Shown: positions 51,824 to 61,352 of the stretch, one piece after another
Position numbering within the stretch: the first letter of the stretch is position 1
How the letters are laid out: the number at the start of each line of letters is the position of its first letter
From: an uncultured Erysipelotrichaceae bacterium
GTDB taxonomy: Bacteria; Bacillota_I; Bacilli_A; RFN20; CAG-826
Direction: 5' to 3'
Length of the DNA stretch: 64,000 nt
NCBI GenBank assembly: GCA_902763555.1
Contig: CACWSI010000001.1
Location: forward strand, 7,215 to 71,214
Program-made: the position numbers and the translations under genes
Notes under the pieces: model-generated
Databases searched by the model: none
Seen by the model: the letters and a program-made list of their open reading frames with translations, nothing else
What the model was told of the DNA's origin: nothing

Positions 51824-51832
51824 GGTAAGCAC

Positions 51833-52405
51833 ATGAAAAAAGGGTTATTAATTATTCTTAGTGGTCCATCAGGTGTCGGAAAAGGCACTGTCAGAAAATA
51901 CATTATGAATCGTGAGTTATTCCCGATGGTATTTTCCGTGTCAATGACCACCAGAGAACCAAGGGCCACAGAGACCAATGGTGTGGAATATTACTTTGTT
52001 AGTAAAGAAGAATTCCAAAGAAATATTGATAACGATAATTTCCTTGAATGGGCGGAGTTCGTTGGTAACCGTTATGGCACTCCAAAAAGCATTGTTGAAG
52101 ATCTCCGTAATCAAGGTAAAAACGTCCTTCTTGAGATTGAAATCAATGGTGCGGAGCAAGTGCTTTCGAAGGTTAAAGATGATAGAGTCGTTTCCTTCTA
52201 TTTGAAACCGCCATCAATGAAACAACTTGAAGCACGTATTAGAAAGAGAAAATCTGAGACTGAAGAAGTCATCCAAAAGCGCCTTGCTAAAGCGGAAGCG
52301 GAAATGGCAAAAGCTAAGAATTATGATTTCGTTGTGATGAACGATCGTATTAATCGCGCTGGTGATGAAATCATAAAAATCCTTAAGGAATTTGATAAAG
52401 ATTGA
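51833..52405 (+). CDS. gmk: guanylate kinase
   Basis: P-loop GPSGVGKGT, TTREPR..E.NGVEYYFV. Confidence 0.95.
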   Translation: MKKGLLIILSGPSGVGKGTVRKYIMNRELFPMVFSVSMTTREPRATETNGVEYYFVSKEEFQRNIDNDNFLEWAEFVGNRYGTPKSIVEDLRNQGKNVLLEIEINGAEQVLSKVKDDRVVSFYLKPPSMKQLEARIRKRKSETEEVIQKRLAKAEAEMAKAKNYDFVVMNDRINRAGDEIIKILKEFDKD

Positions 52406-52419
52406 AGAGACGGTAGAAC

Positions 52420-54615
52420 ATGCAAATAGTGGAAGTTCTTATTGAATATGCCAAGAGTTCGTTAAACCGTCCTTTTTCTTACTGCTATAAAGGCAACAAA
52501 AAACTAGTTAAAGGTATTAGAGTTCTATTAGAATTCAATCACCGTGATTTAATTGGTTATGTAATAAACGTCACTGAAACTAATCTATCTTTAGAACAAT
52601 ATGAAGAAGAAAAAGGCTTCTCCATAAGTGAGATTAAAGATGTCATTGATGATGTCCCATTACTCAATGAAGAATTACTCTCTTTATTAGATGAAGTATC
52701 TTCTTATTATCTAGTCCCTAAAATCAGTGTTCTTCAATCGATGTTGCCTCCTTCTTTATCTCCAAGGAAGTCATCTTTAAAAGCCCCTAAGATTGCTTAT
52801 GACCAATATTTAGAAGTCATTGATGAAAGTGAAATAGACCTAACAAATAAACAAATTGAACTATTAAGGTTTATCAAACTTGAAGGCCGTGTTTTAAAGC
52901 GTGATATTAAGCAGGTTAGTATCATTGATAAGCTTTTAGAAAAGAATAGAATTCAAATCGTAAAAGAAGAAAAACGCAGGTTAAAAGTTCCTGACTATCA
53001 ATATCAAACTCCTCCTAAGCTCAGTGAAGACCAAAATAAAGTCATTGATGAGTTCAATAATTCAAACGATAGTGTCTATCTCTTAGAGGGTGTGACTGGT
53101 TCTGGTAAAACTGAAGTATATCTCAATCTATCTGAACAAGTTCTTAAAGAGGGTAAGTCTGTTTTAATGCTTGTTCCTGAAATATCTTTAACCCCAATGA
53201 TGGTGGAATATTTCCTTCATAGATTTTCTAATAACGTCGCAATTCTACATAGTGAACTTACCCCAGCGGAAAAATATGATGAATATCGCAAGATCGCTAA
53301 AGGGGACTGTAAGATTGTTGTGGGTGTTAGAAGTGCGATATTCGCTCCTTTAAAAAACATTGGTCTAATTATATTAGATGAGGAACATACTGAATCATAT
53401 AAACAAGATAATTTACCTTTCTATCACGCTAGAGAGGTGGCTATTATGCGTGGGAAATATAACCACGCTAAAGTACTCCTTGCTAGTGCTACTCCATCCT
53501 TAGAAAGTAGAGCAAGAGGACAAAAAGGTGTTTATCATATGCTTTATTTAACAAAGCGTATTAATAATCAAAAACTACCAACCACTAAAATAGTTAATAT
53601 GCTCGATTATCATAATATTGATCGAGATTCCTATATCTTCTCTCATGCCTTAAGAGATGAACTCCATAAGACCCTAGCGAAGTCTGAACAAGCTATCTTA
53701 CTTATCAATAGAAGAGGTTTTTCCACACATGTTACTTGCCGTAACTGTGGGCACGTCTTTAAGTGTCCAACATGTGGAATAGCACTAACCTACCATAAGA
53801 AAGATAATATGCTTAAATGTCATCACTGTGACTATGTTGAACCATTACCTGAAACATGTCCAGAATGTGGCTCTAAATATCTAATGAAAACAGGCTTTGG
53901 TACCGAAAAGATCCAAGAAGAAGTGGAACGTCTTTTCCCAAGCGCTAGAACATTAAGATTAGATAGTGATTCCGCAAAGAATAAGAGCAAAATCCCAGAA
54001 GTAATAGAGGCATTTAGAAAGAAAGAAGCTGATGTCTTAATCGGCACACAAATGATTGCTAAAGGCCATGATTTCCCAGATGTAACCTTAGTTGGTATCG
54101 TTTTAGCGGATATTGGTTTATCTATGCCTTCTTACCGTAGTAATGAAAGAGCCTTCCAACTTATTACGCAAGCAATAGGGCGTTCAGGAAGAAAAGAAAA
54201 GCCAGGTATGGCGATCATTCAAACATATTTACCAAGCCATTACGCAATTACATTCGCGGCGAGACAAGACTATGAACTTTTCTATCGTAAAGAGATGGAA
54301 ATGCGTAAACTACAATTTTATCCTCCATATGCTTATCTTGCGAGTGTCACAATACGTGGTAAAAACGAAGAAACAGTTATCGAAAATACGATTAGAATTG
54401 TTGATTTCTTAAACGATGAATTTTTAGATGATGGACAAATCTTAGGACCATCCACTCCATATATTCCATTTGATATGGGTCTACATGTTAGAGCTATTTT
54501 AATCAAATTTAAAAACCCTCAAAAAGCTCACGATATCCTTGTTAAAATGCAGGAATTATTTGCCTATAACAGTGCCTACGAATTATTGATTAATATCGAT
54601 CCTTACAATTTTTAA
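52420..54615 (+). CDS. priA: primosomal replication-restart helicase PriA
   Basis: Walker A GVTGSGKTEVY, DEEH box, and a Cys-rich insertion CRNCGHVFKCPTCGIALTYH...CHHCDY...CPECGS. Confidence 0.95.
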   Translation: MQIVEVLIEYAKSSLNRPFSYCYKGNKKLVKGIRVLLEFNHRDLIGYVINVTETNLSLEQYEEEKGFSISEIKDVIDDVPLLNEELLSLLDEVSSYYLVPKISVLQSMLPPSLSPRKSSLKAPKIAYDQYLEVIDESEIDLTNKQIELLRFIKLEGRVLKRDIKQVSIIDKLLEKNRIQIVKEEKRRLKVPDYQYQTPPKLSEDQNKVIDEFNNSNDSVYLLEGVTGSGKTEVYLNLSEQVLKEGKSVLMLVPEISLTPMMVEYFLHRFSNNVAILHSELTPAEKYDEYRKIAKGDCKIVVGVRSAIFAPLKNIGLIILDEEHTESYKQDNLPFYHAREVAIMRGKYNHAKVLLASATPSLESRARGQKGVYHMLYLTKRINNQKLPTTKIVNMLDYHNIDRDSYIFSHALRDELHKTLAKSEQAILLINRRGFSTHVTCRNCGHVFKCPTCGIALTYHKKDNMLKCHHCDYVEPLPETCPECGSKYLMKTGFGTEKIQEEVERLFPSARTLRLDSDSAKNKSKIPEVIEAFRKKEADVLIGTQMIAKGHDFPDVTLVGIVLADIGLSMPSYRSNERAFQLITQAIGRSGRKEKPGMAIIQTYLPSHYAITFAARQDYELFYRKEMEMRKLQFYPPYAYLASVTIRGKNEETVIENTIRIVDFLNDEFLDDGQILGPSTPYIPFDMGLHVRAILIKFKNPQKAHDILVKMQELFAYNSAYELLINIDPYNF

Positions 54616-54663
54616 TTCTAAAAATGTAATGTCTGTATTATACTAATTCATGAGGTATTTTAT

Positions 54664-55116
54664 ATGATTACTATTACCATTTACGGTTTAGATCAATTTG
54701 TAGTCGGTCGTTTATCTCGTGAAATGACTCCAAATTTAGCCAAGCTTTATGAGTTAAGCGAAGACGAAATTTTATTCGTGGCTCCAGAAAACATGGTCTT
54801 CCATAACGGAGTGGAACAAACTTCCTGGAATATCATCATTCATGTCCACGCTCCAAAGAAAGTCGCTGTCTTACAAGAGCAAGCAGCGCATTTAATTTTA
54901 GAAAGTATCGGCGATGTCGCGATTAATAAGATTCTTGAATTCTATTATTATTCGCAAGATGATCGCTACAGCAAATTTAATGACAATTATCCACGCTTTA
55001 TCGCAAGCGATAATTTAGTCGACGTTGCTAATGAGGATTATGAAGATATGGAAGAAGGAGATGGTGAGGATGAAATCTTCACTGGCGATATCTTCCGTGA
55101 TTTCAACAAGGACTAA
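54664..55116 (+). CDS. DUF1904-like small protein with acidic C-terminal tail
   Basis: The N-terminal 100 aa or so resemble the tautomerase-fold DUF1904 pattern (ITIYGL...LSREMTPNLAKLYELSEDEILF...). The tail is DEDYEDMEEGDGEDE. It occupies the slot where def-fmt usually sit. Confidence 0.5.
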   Translation: MITITIYGLDQFVVGRLSREMTPNLAKLYELSEDEILFVAPENMVFHNGVEQTSWNIIIHVHAPKKVAVLQEQAAHLILESIGDVAINKILEFYYYSQDDRYSKFNDNYPRFIASDNLVDVANEDYEDMEEGDGEDEIFTGDIFRDFNKD

Positions 55117-55137
55117 ACGTCAATAGGAGAAGTCAAT

Positions 55138-56397
55138 ATGACTCCACAAGTTTTAGCTAGGGACATCCTAAACAGAATCATTAACGAAAACACACCGTTT
55201 TCTCTTGCTTTAAAGCAAGCTTTCAAAAAGAACGAAGTTTCTAAGGAGGATAAAGCGAATATATCCGCAATGGTCGGATGTGTACTTCGCCATTATCTGG
55301 TCTTATCAAACGTGATAAGTAAACAATATCCTGCCTTAGATAGTGTGGGTGTGATTGCCTTAATGATTGCTTTTAGCAATGCCTTATTCATTAAGAAACT
55401 TGATCAAGAGGACTGCAACAAAGAGGCTCAACAATATCTCAAAGATGAAGATGTCAAAGTTCAAGACTTCATTGAACCATATCTCGCTGAAAAGAAACTT
55501 GTTCCAGAAAATATTGAAGTCGGTTCTTTTGAGTTCCTTAGCTACCGCTATAACACACCTGTGGACATCATTAAGATGTGGAGTAAACAGTTCGGTCATA
55601 TTGCGGTTTCTAAAGCCTTAAAGGCTAATAGCAAACCTGCTCCAGTTGTTTTAAGAATTGATAACAAAAAGATTGAAGATGAAGATTTCTTCAATAAATA
55701 CCCTGAATTCGAAAGAATTGAAGGTGTTAATGGCATGGCTTTATATAAAGGCGAAGGTAAATTTAAAAACCATGAAGTTAGTGAAAAAGCCCTTGCCACT
55801 CCATACGCTTTGGCGTTTAAAGAAATGTTAGATGAAGGTGATGTGGATCTTTTAAGAGGCTTAGCCATCTATACTGAATATCCAAATGACTTACTCATCG
55901 ACCTTCTTTCTAGAAAAGAAAGTATCAGTGGTGTGGAATTCATCGCTGGTAATTTAGCGACCGCTTCTAACGCTAGAAATTTCCTAAATAAGAACCAAGT
56001 GAGAGGCGTTAATGTCTATGAAGCACAAGCGTCTGCGATTATCACATGCTTGTCTAGACCTGTGCACACATTCGTGGTCATGCCTGATAGTTCTCGATTC
56101 AATCTCTTACAGCTCTTACCAGATTATTTCTTAAGATTTGATTTCAACAAACTCGATGAATTAATCGCCAATCAAAAACTTGCTTTAAAAGAAGCCGCTG
56201 AACAAGTGGAAGAAGATGGTTATCTTCTCTACTTAGTTGACACTCTTTCAAAGAAAGAAAGTATCAACATTATCAATGAATTCCTCGCTAATAATGAAAA
56301 CTTCACATTAGTGAGAGATAAACTATATTTCCCATATAAGAAATATGGTGGTTCCTATTATTTTGCAGCATTAAAAAAGGCCAAAAAGAATGATTAA
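55138..56397 (+). CDS. RsmB/Sun-like protein with degenerate methyltransferase motifs (probable pseudoenzyme)
   Basis: NusB-like N-terminus and colinear RsmB architecture in the conserved priA...rlmN slot. However, the CAAPGGKT site reads GLAIYTEYPNDL, DAPCS reads VMPDSS and YSTCS reads LVDTLS. Confidence 0.7.
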   Translation: MTPQVLARDILNRIINENTPFSLALKQAFKKNEVSKEDKANISAMVGCVLRHYLVLSNVISKQYPALDSVGVIALMIAFSNALFIKKLDQEDCNKEAQQYLKDEDVKVQDFIEPYLAEKKLVPENIEVGSFEFLSYRYNTPVDIIKMWSKQFGHIAVSKALKANSKPAPVVLRIDNKKIEDEDFFNKYPEFERIEGVNGMALYKGEGKFKNHEVSEKALATPYALAFKEMLDEGDVDLLRGLAIYTEYPNDLLIDLLSRKESISGVEFIAGNLATASNARNFLNKNQVRGVNVYEAQASAIITCLSRPVHTFVVMPDSSRFNLLQLLPDYFLRFDFNKLDELIANQKLALKEAAEQVEEDGYLLYLVDTLSKKESINIINEFLANNENFTLVRDKLYFPYKKYGGSYYFAALKKAKKND

Positions 56398-57445
56398 TCT
56401 TTACGGATTAGAAATGAATAAACTCATCAAGCTGATGGAGGAGGAAGGGCAAAAACCTTACCGCGCCACGCAACTTTACTCATGGATTTATGAAAAGAAA
56501 GCCGAAAGCTTTGATGAGATGAGTGACATTTCTAAATCATTCCGTAAAGTCTTAAAAGAAAAATACTGCTTAGACTTACCAACTGTTTACACTAAACAAG
56601 TTAGTAAAGATGGCACAATCAAATTACTCGTCGAACTTAAAGACAGCTATAAAGTCGAATGCGTTTTAATGCGCTACTCATATGGCTGCGCCGTGTGCGT
56701 ATCTAGCCAGGTGGGTTGTAATATGGGTTGTTCTTTCTGCTCTAGTGGTATCTTAGGTAAACAAAGAAACTTGGCCCCAGAAGAAATGATGGGACAAATC
56801 TTACTTATTAACAAACTTCTAAAAGAAGAAAACAAAGGTCAACATGTGACCCATGTCGTAGTCATGGGAACAGGTGAACCTTTTGATAACTATGATAACG
56901 TTTTAGATTTCATCAGAATCTTAAATCATCCAAAAGGTTTAGCCATAGGCGCTAGACATATCACCATCTCAACATGTGGTATCGTGGAAAACATTTATCG
57001 ATACGCTGATGAACATCTTCAAACTAATTTAGCCATCTCATTGCACGCACCTAATGATGAGCTAAGAAGTAGATTAATGAAAATTAACCGTGCTTATCCT
57101 TTGGATAAAGTTATGGAAGCGGTGCGTTATTATGAAAAAGAAACTAAGCGTAGAGTGACTTATGAATATCTTCTTTTAGAAGGTATTAATGACACTAAAG
57201 AGCACGCTCAACAGTTAATTAAGTTAATTAAAGGAACAATGGGCTATGTTAATCTCATCCCATATAATGAGACAAATAAATTCCCAGAATTCCATCGTTC
57301 TAGTGGTAACCGTGTCCATGCTTTCTTAGATTATTTAATGAAAGGTGGAGTTACCGCCACAATTAGAAAAGAATTTGGTAGTGACATTGACGCAGCATGC
57401 GGTCAATTAAAAGCCAAAGTAGAGGAGGAGAACAGAGATGAATAG
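56390..57445 (+). CDS. rlmN: 23S rRNA/tRNA A2503 C2-methyltransferase RlmN (radical SAM)
   Basis: CNMGCSFCSSG radical-SAM cluster, GEPFDNYDNV, and a C-terminal AACGQL. Confidence 0.95.
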   Translation: MINLYGLEMNKLIKLMEEEGQKPYRATQLYSWIYEKKAESFDEMSDISKSFRKVLKEKYCLDLPTVYTKQVSKDGTIKLLVELKDSYKVECVLMRYSYGCAVCVSSQVGCNMGCSFCSSGILGKQRNLAPEEMMGQILLINKLLKEENKGQHVTHVVVMGTGEPFDNYDNVLDFIRILNHPKGLAIGARHITISTCGIVENIYRYADEHLQTNLAISLHAPNDELRSRLMKINRAYPLDKVMEAVRYYEKETKRRVTYEYLLLEGINDTKEHAQQLIKLIKGTMGYVNLIPYNETNKFPEFHRSSGNRVHAFLDYLMKGGVTATIRKEFGSDIDAACGQLKAKVEEENRDE

Positions 57446-58193
57446 TCGTTATCTATCTGGTCGCTTCTCATATAAAACTGACATTGGAAGAATCCGCTTA
57501 AGTAATGAGGATCAAGCCGCTGCTATGATCAATGCTTCGGGTAATGTTTTACTCGTTGTTTGTGATGGTATGGGTGGTCAAAATAAAGGTGACCTTGCCT
57601 CTTCTTTAGCGATTAATACAATTACGACATCATTTAAAAGCCGTAAAGGCTTCCTAAACCGTTACTTTGCAAAACTCTGGGTTGGTCAAGTTATCCGTGA
57701 GGCTAATAAATCCATCTATGAACAATCACAAAGTAACAAGTCTTATCATGGTATGGGTACCACAATTACCTTATTGCTCATCATCAAAGATACTGCTATC
57801 TTAGGCCATGTTGGTGATTCTCGCTGTTACTTCTTAAGAAACAGACGTGAATTCACCCAAATGTCGGAAGACCAAACATATGTTGGCTACTTATTGAGAA
57901 CCGGACAAATCAATCAAGAAGAAGCTTTAACCCATCCAAAAAGGCACGTACTCATGAACGCTCTTGGCGTCTATCCAAGCGCAAGTGTGGATGTAAAAAG
58001 TTTCCCATACATGGGTGAAACAGTGCTTTTATGTAGTGATGGTTTATATAACAATGTGCCTACTAATGACATCGCCTCAGTTTTAAAAGGCGAAGACACA
58101 GTCGAACAGAAAGTCGACGAACTTATTGCCATTGGCAATAAAAATGGTGGTAGCGACAATATCGCCGTTGTCATTTGGGAGGCGCAAGAATAA
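57438..58193 (+). CDS. prpC: PP2C-family Ser/Thr phosphatase
   Basis: NEDQ, CDGMGG, GTT, DGL and GGSDNI motifs, positioned upstream of prkC. Confidence 0.92.
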   Translation: MNSRYLSGRFSYKTDIGRIRLSNEDQAAAMINASGNVLLVVCDGMGGQNKGDLASSLAINTITTSFKSRKGFLNRYFAKLWVGQVIREANKSIYEQSQSNKSYHGMGTTITLLLIIKDTAILGHVGDSRCYFLRNRREFTQMSEDQTYVGYLLRTGQINQEEALTHPKRHVLMNALGVYPSASVDVKSFPYMGETVLLCSDGLYNNVPTNDIASVLKGEDTVEQKVDELIAIGNKNGGSDNIAVVIWEAQE

Positions 58194-59080
58194 TGAGTAC
58201 AATAAAAATTGGCGCCCTCGTTGACGGGCGCTATCGTATCGAAGCACGAATTGGTCATGGTGGTATGGCGGAAGTCTATGAAGCCACAGACATTATTAAT
58301 AAACGTAAAGTTGCCATTAAGATGATTAGGGAAGACGTGATGAAGAATCCTATTAATCTTCGTCGTTTTCAAAATGAGGCCACAATTGCCTCCAGTTTAA
58401 ATCACCCTAATATCGTGAAGGTTTTTAACCATGGCACAATTGAAGGTCGTCCATATATCGCTAACGAGTATGTGCGCGGTCAAAGCATGAAAGATATGCT
58501 CGATTTTAGAACATCTATTCCAATCGCTGAAGCGGTTAGTTATATGCTACAACTAACATCTGCTCTTTTTTATGCCCATCAACATAACATCATTCACCGT
58601 GATATCAAACCACAAAACATCTATGTTATGCCTGATGGCACGATTAAATTAGGTGACTTTGGTATTGCTCAAGCGGGTGGCGTGGATGATAGTTTTACAA
58701 AAACTAGTGAAATCGTGGGCTCTGTCCATTACTTAGCCCCTGAAATATCTCAAGGTAAACCAGCCTCTATTCAATCAGATATCTATGCCGCTGGTGTCAC
58801 CTTCTATGAATTATTAACTGGTCATGTTCCATTTGATAAAGATACCCCAGTTAATGTCGCAGTCGCACATGTTAAGGAGAAATTCCCTCCTGTGAAAAAA
58901 TATGTACCAAACTGCCCTAAAGAAATTGAAAAGATTATCGCTAATGCGACAAAAAAACGCTTAGGCGACCGTTATAAAGGAGCGGATGAATTCTATGATG
59001 ACTTATTAGAAATAAGTAAACATCCAGAACTCTTAAAAGAAAAGAAACCGCTCATCTCGAGGATTTTTGGGTTTAAATAA
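58193..59080 (+). CDS. prkC: Hanks-type Ser/Thr protein kinase, catalytic domain only (no TM helix, no PASTA)
   Basis: GHGGMAEVY...VAIK, HRDIKPQN, DFG and APE motifs. ATG 58193 overlaps the prpC stop (TAATG) and follows GGGAGG. The protein ends about 25 aa after the kinase core. Confidence 0.9.
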   Translation: MSTIKIGALVDGRYRIEARIGHGGMAEVYEATDIINKRKVAIKMIREDVMKNPINLRRFQNEATIASSLNHPNIVKVFNHGTIEGRPYIANEYVRGQSMKDMLDFRTSIPIAEAVSYMLQLTSALFYAHQHNIIHRDIKPQNIYVMPDGTIKLGDFGIAQAGGVDDSFTKTSEIVGSVHYLAPEISQGKPASIQSDIYAAGVTFYELLTGHVPFDKDTPVNVAVAHVKEKFPPVKKYVPNCPKEIEKIIANATKKRLGDRYKGADEFYDDLLEISKHPELLKEKKPLISRIFGFK

Positions 59081-59946
59081 TGAAGGGATTAATTGTCGCT
59101 ATTACATGTGGTCTCTACGCTATTGAAGCGGAAGGGGTCATCTATAAATGTAAGCCACGTGGTATTTTCCGTAACCAAGGAATTAAACCAGTCGTGGGAG
59201 ATAATATCGAATTTGATCCTAATGAATTAGTGATAGAAAACGTCTATCCTCGTTCATCATTTTTAAAAAGACCACTAATCGCTAACATATCTCAAATCAT
59301 CTTAGTGTTCTCTCTTAAAGAACCTGATTTTTCCTACCTTTTAGCGTTTAAATATCTAACCTACGCTAATATGCATAATATCAAGGCAAAATTAGTCATT
59401 ACTAAGATTGATAAAGAGCATGATGAAAAGCTCATAAATGAGATTAAAGAAACATTTAAAAGCATCAATATTGAAACCTATTTTATCTCCAATAAAACCA
59501 AAGAAGGACTCGAAGAAGTGAAGGCTTTATTCAAAGATGAAGTGAGCTGTATTATGGGTCAAACTGGTGTTGGTAAATCTTCTTTAATAAACGCTATTGA
59601 TAGCAATTATGAAAGAGCCATTGGTGAATATTCTATGGCCTTAGGAAGAGGTAAACACCAAACAAAAGAAGTCATCCTTTTGCCATATCAAGGTGGCTAT
59701 ATTGCCGACACTCCAGGATTCTCATCTTTAGAACTAAATCTCTATAAAGAGGACCTAGCAGCCTTCTATCCTGGCTTTACCAATTTATATAATAAATGTT
59801 ATTTTGCGGATTGCTTGCATTTAAGCGAAAATAGGTGTTTAGTAAAAGAGAAGGTTCATAACGGTGAGATTTCTAATCTCGCCTATGAATGCTATAAAAA
59901 GTTATCAGAAGAAGCAATTTTTAAAAAAGAGAGGTATTCAAAATGA
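59080..59946 (+). CDS. rsgA: ribosome small-subunit-dependent GTPase A
   Basis: Circularly permuted GTPase: TKID ... GQTGVGKSSLIN ... DTPGF, plus the zinc motif CYFADCLHLSENRC. Confidence 0.93.
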   Translation: MKGLIVAITCGLYAIEAEGVIYKCKPRGIFRNQGIKPVVGDNIEFDPNELVIENVYPRSSFLKRPLIANISQIILVFSLKEPDFSYLLAFKYLTYANMHNIKAKLVITKIDKEHDEKLINEIKETFKSINIETYFISNKTKEGLEEVKALFKDEVSCIMGQTGVGKSSLINAIDSNYERAIGEYSMALGRGKHQTKEVILLPYQGGYIADTPGFSSLELNLYKEDLAAFYPGFTNLYNKCYFADCLHLSENRCLVKEKVHNGEISNLAYECYKKLSEEAIFKKERYSK

Positions 59947-60602
59947 AAAGTATGATCGTTTCCCCATCCATTCTAGTGTGTGATTACTTACACTTAGAAG
60001 ATGAATTAAAAAAGATTAAGGATGCTGGATGCACATGGATCCATTTAGATGTTATGGACGGTCACTTTGTTCCGAATATTTCTTTCGGTAATATCTTCTT
60101 TGAAAAATTGTTTAAAGAAATCGACTTTGTAAAGGATGTTCACCTCATGGTGGAAGACCCAATGAGTTTCGTTAAAAAGTTCGCTAAAACAGGCGCTGAC
60201 TATTTAACCTTCCATTACGAAGCATGTAAAGATGATGATGAAGTCGATGCAGTCATCGATGAAATCCATAAATATAAAATGAAAGCTGGTCTTTCTATTA
60301 AACCAGGAACCCCAATTGAAAAGGTCTATCCATTCTTAGAAAAACTTGATCTTGTGCTCGTCATGAGTGTTGAACCTGGGGCGGGTGGTCAAAAGTTCAT
60401 CCCAGAAACATTAGATAGAATTAGCGCTCTTATCGATGAAATCGTGGAAACAAGAAGTCACGCTTTAATTTCTGTCGATGGTGGTATTAACGATATCACT
60501 GGTAAAGACTGCTTAAATATTGGCGCTGATGTCTTAGTTGCTGGTAACTACTTATTCAGCGCAGACAACTTTAAAGAAAGGTACGATAGCTTATTCCATT
60601 AA
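59943..60602 (+). CDS. rpe: ribulose-phosphate 3-epimerase
   Basis: SPSIL..D, HLDVMDGHFVPNISFG, MSVEPGAGGQKF and VDGGIN motifs. Confidence 0.95.
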   Translation: MKSMIVSPSILVCDYLHLEDELKKIKDAGCTWIHLDVMDGHFVPNISFGNIFFEKLFKEIDFVKDVHLMVEDPMSFVKKFAKTGADYLTFHYEACKDDDEVDAVIDEIHKYKMKAGLSIKPGTPIEKVYPFLEKLDLVLVMSVEPGAGGQKFIPETLDRISALIDEIVETRSHALISVDGGINDITGKDCLNIGADVLVAGNYLFSADNFKERYDSLFH

Positions 60603-60603
60603 T

Positions 60604-61284
60604 ATGGGCTTTATTTCCCTTGCAATATTCTTAGCTAGCTTGTCCCTCTTTGTGGGAGGATATTTTCTTTCCTCCGCTTTTTACTATAAAAAACACGATG
60701 TGAAATATTCTTTTAAGAGAATGTTTCCGTATGAATTTAATTATCCAAATTCTTTCAAAAGAAACATATATGGAAATATCGCTTTAGTCTTATCAATGCT
60801 AGGCGTGATTGTCTTTTATATTTATAAGATGAGTAATATTAATTCTAATAGCATTACCATCTACGTCTTAGTGGCGCTTTCTATAATTACCGCTGCCTTA
60901 ATTGGATGCTTATTATTTATGCCATTACAATTCTTAAGAACACATATTATTGTTTCTACTTTAGCGATGACTCTTTCATTTGCGATGCCTGCTCTTAATG
61001 CCTTATTAGGCTATGAAGCATTTAGAATTCATGAAGTGGATACCGCTAAAGTATTAAGTGTTATTTCCATGGTCGTTGGTGCAATTTTAGCAGTAGTGAT
61101 GATAATATTTTTGTTTAATCCAAAAGCGACATATAAGATATATTTAGATAAAAGTGTTGATAAAGATGGTAACGAAGTAATGGCTAGACCTAAGTTTATC
61201 CCAATTGCCTTTAATGAGTGGTGGGCCATTATCACTTATATGCTATCTCCATTACCTTTAGTCATTTTAAGTTTTGTGAGCTAG
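60604..61284 (+). CDS. hypothetical polytopic membrane protein
   Basis: Internal ATG 60604, immediately after the rpe stop, removes an implausible overlap. Six or so hydrophobic helices. No family recognised. Confidence 0.6.
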   Translation: MGFISLAIFLASLSLFVGGYFLSSAFYYKKHDVKYSFKRMFPYEFNYPNSFKRNIYGNIALVLSMLGVIVFYIYKMSNINSNSITIYVLVALSIITAALIGCLLFMPLQFLRTHIIVSTLAMTLSFAMPALNALLGYEAFRIHEVDTAKVLSVISMVVGAILAVVMIIFLFNPKATYKIYLDKSVDKDGNEVMARPKFIPIAFNEWWAIITYMLSPLPLVILSFVS

Positions 61285-61352
61285 TATGAAAAGCATCGCT
61301 AATGTGATGCCACATCAAATCGTTGATGACTATGGAGTGGGTTTATATACAG

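Noticed and set aside
51611-51832. The 222-nt spacer after the candidate immunity gene, considered as an orphan toxin-tip/immunity remnant or small RNA.
   Set aside because: All six frames are dense with stops and no convincing hairpin-plus-U-run or conserved RNA motif is visible. Only a weak 7-bp stem with a large loop is present (51612-51655). The region is retained only as part of the atypical-composition block.
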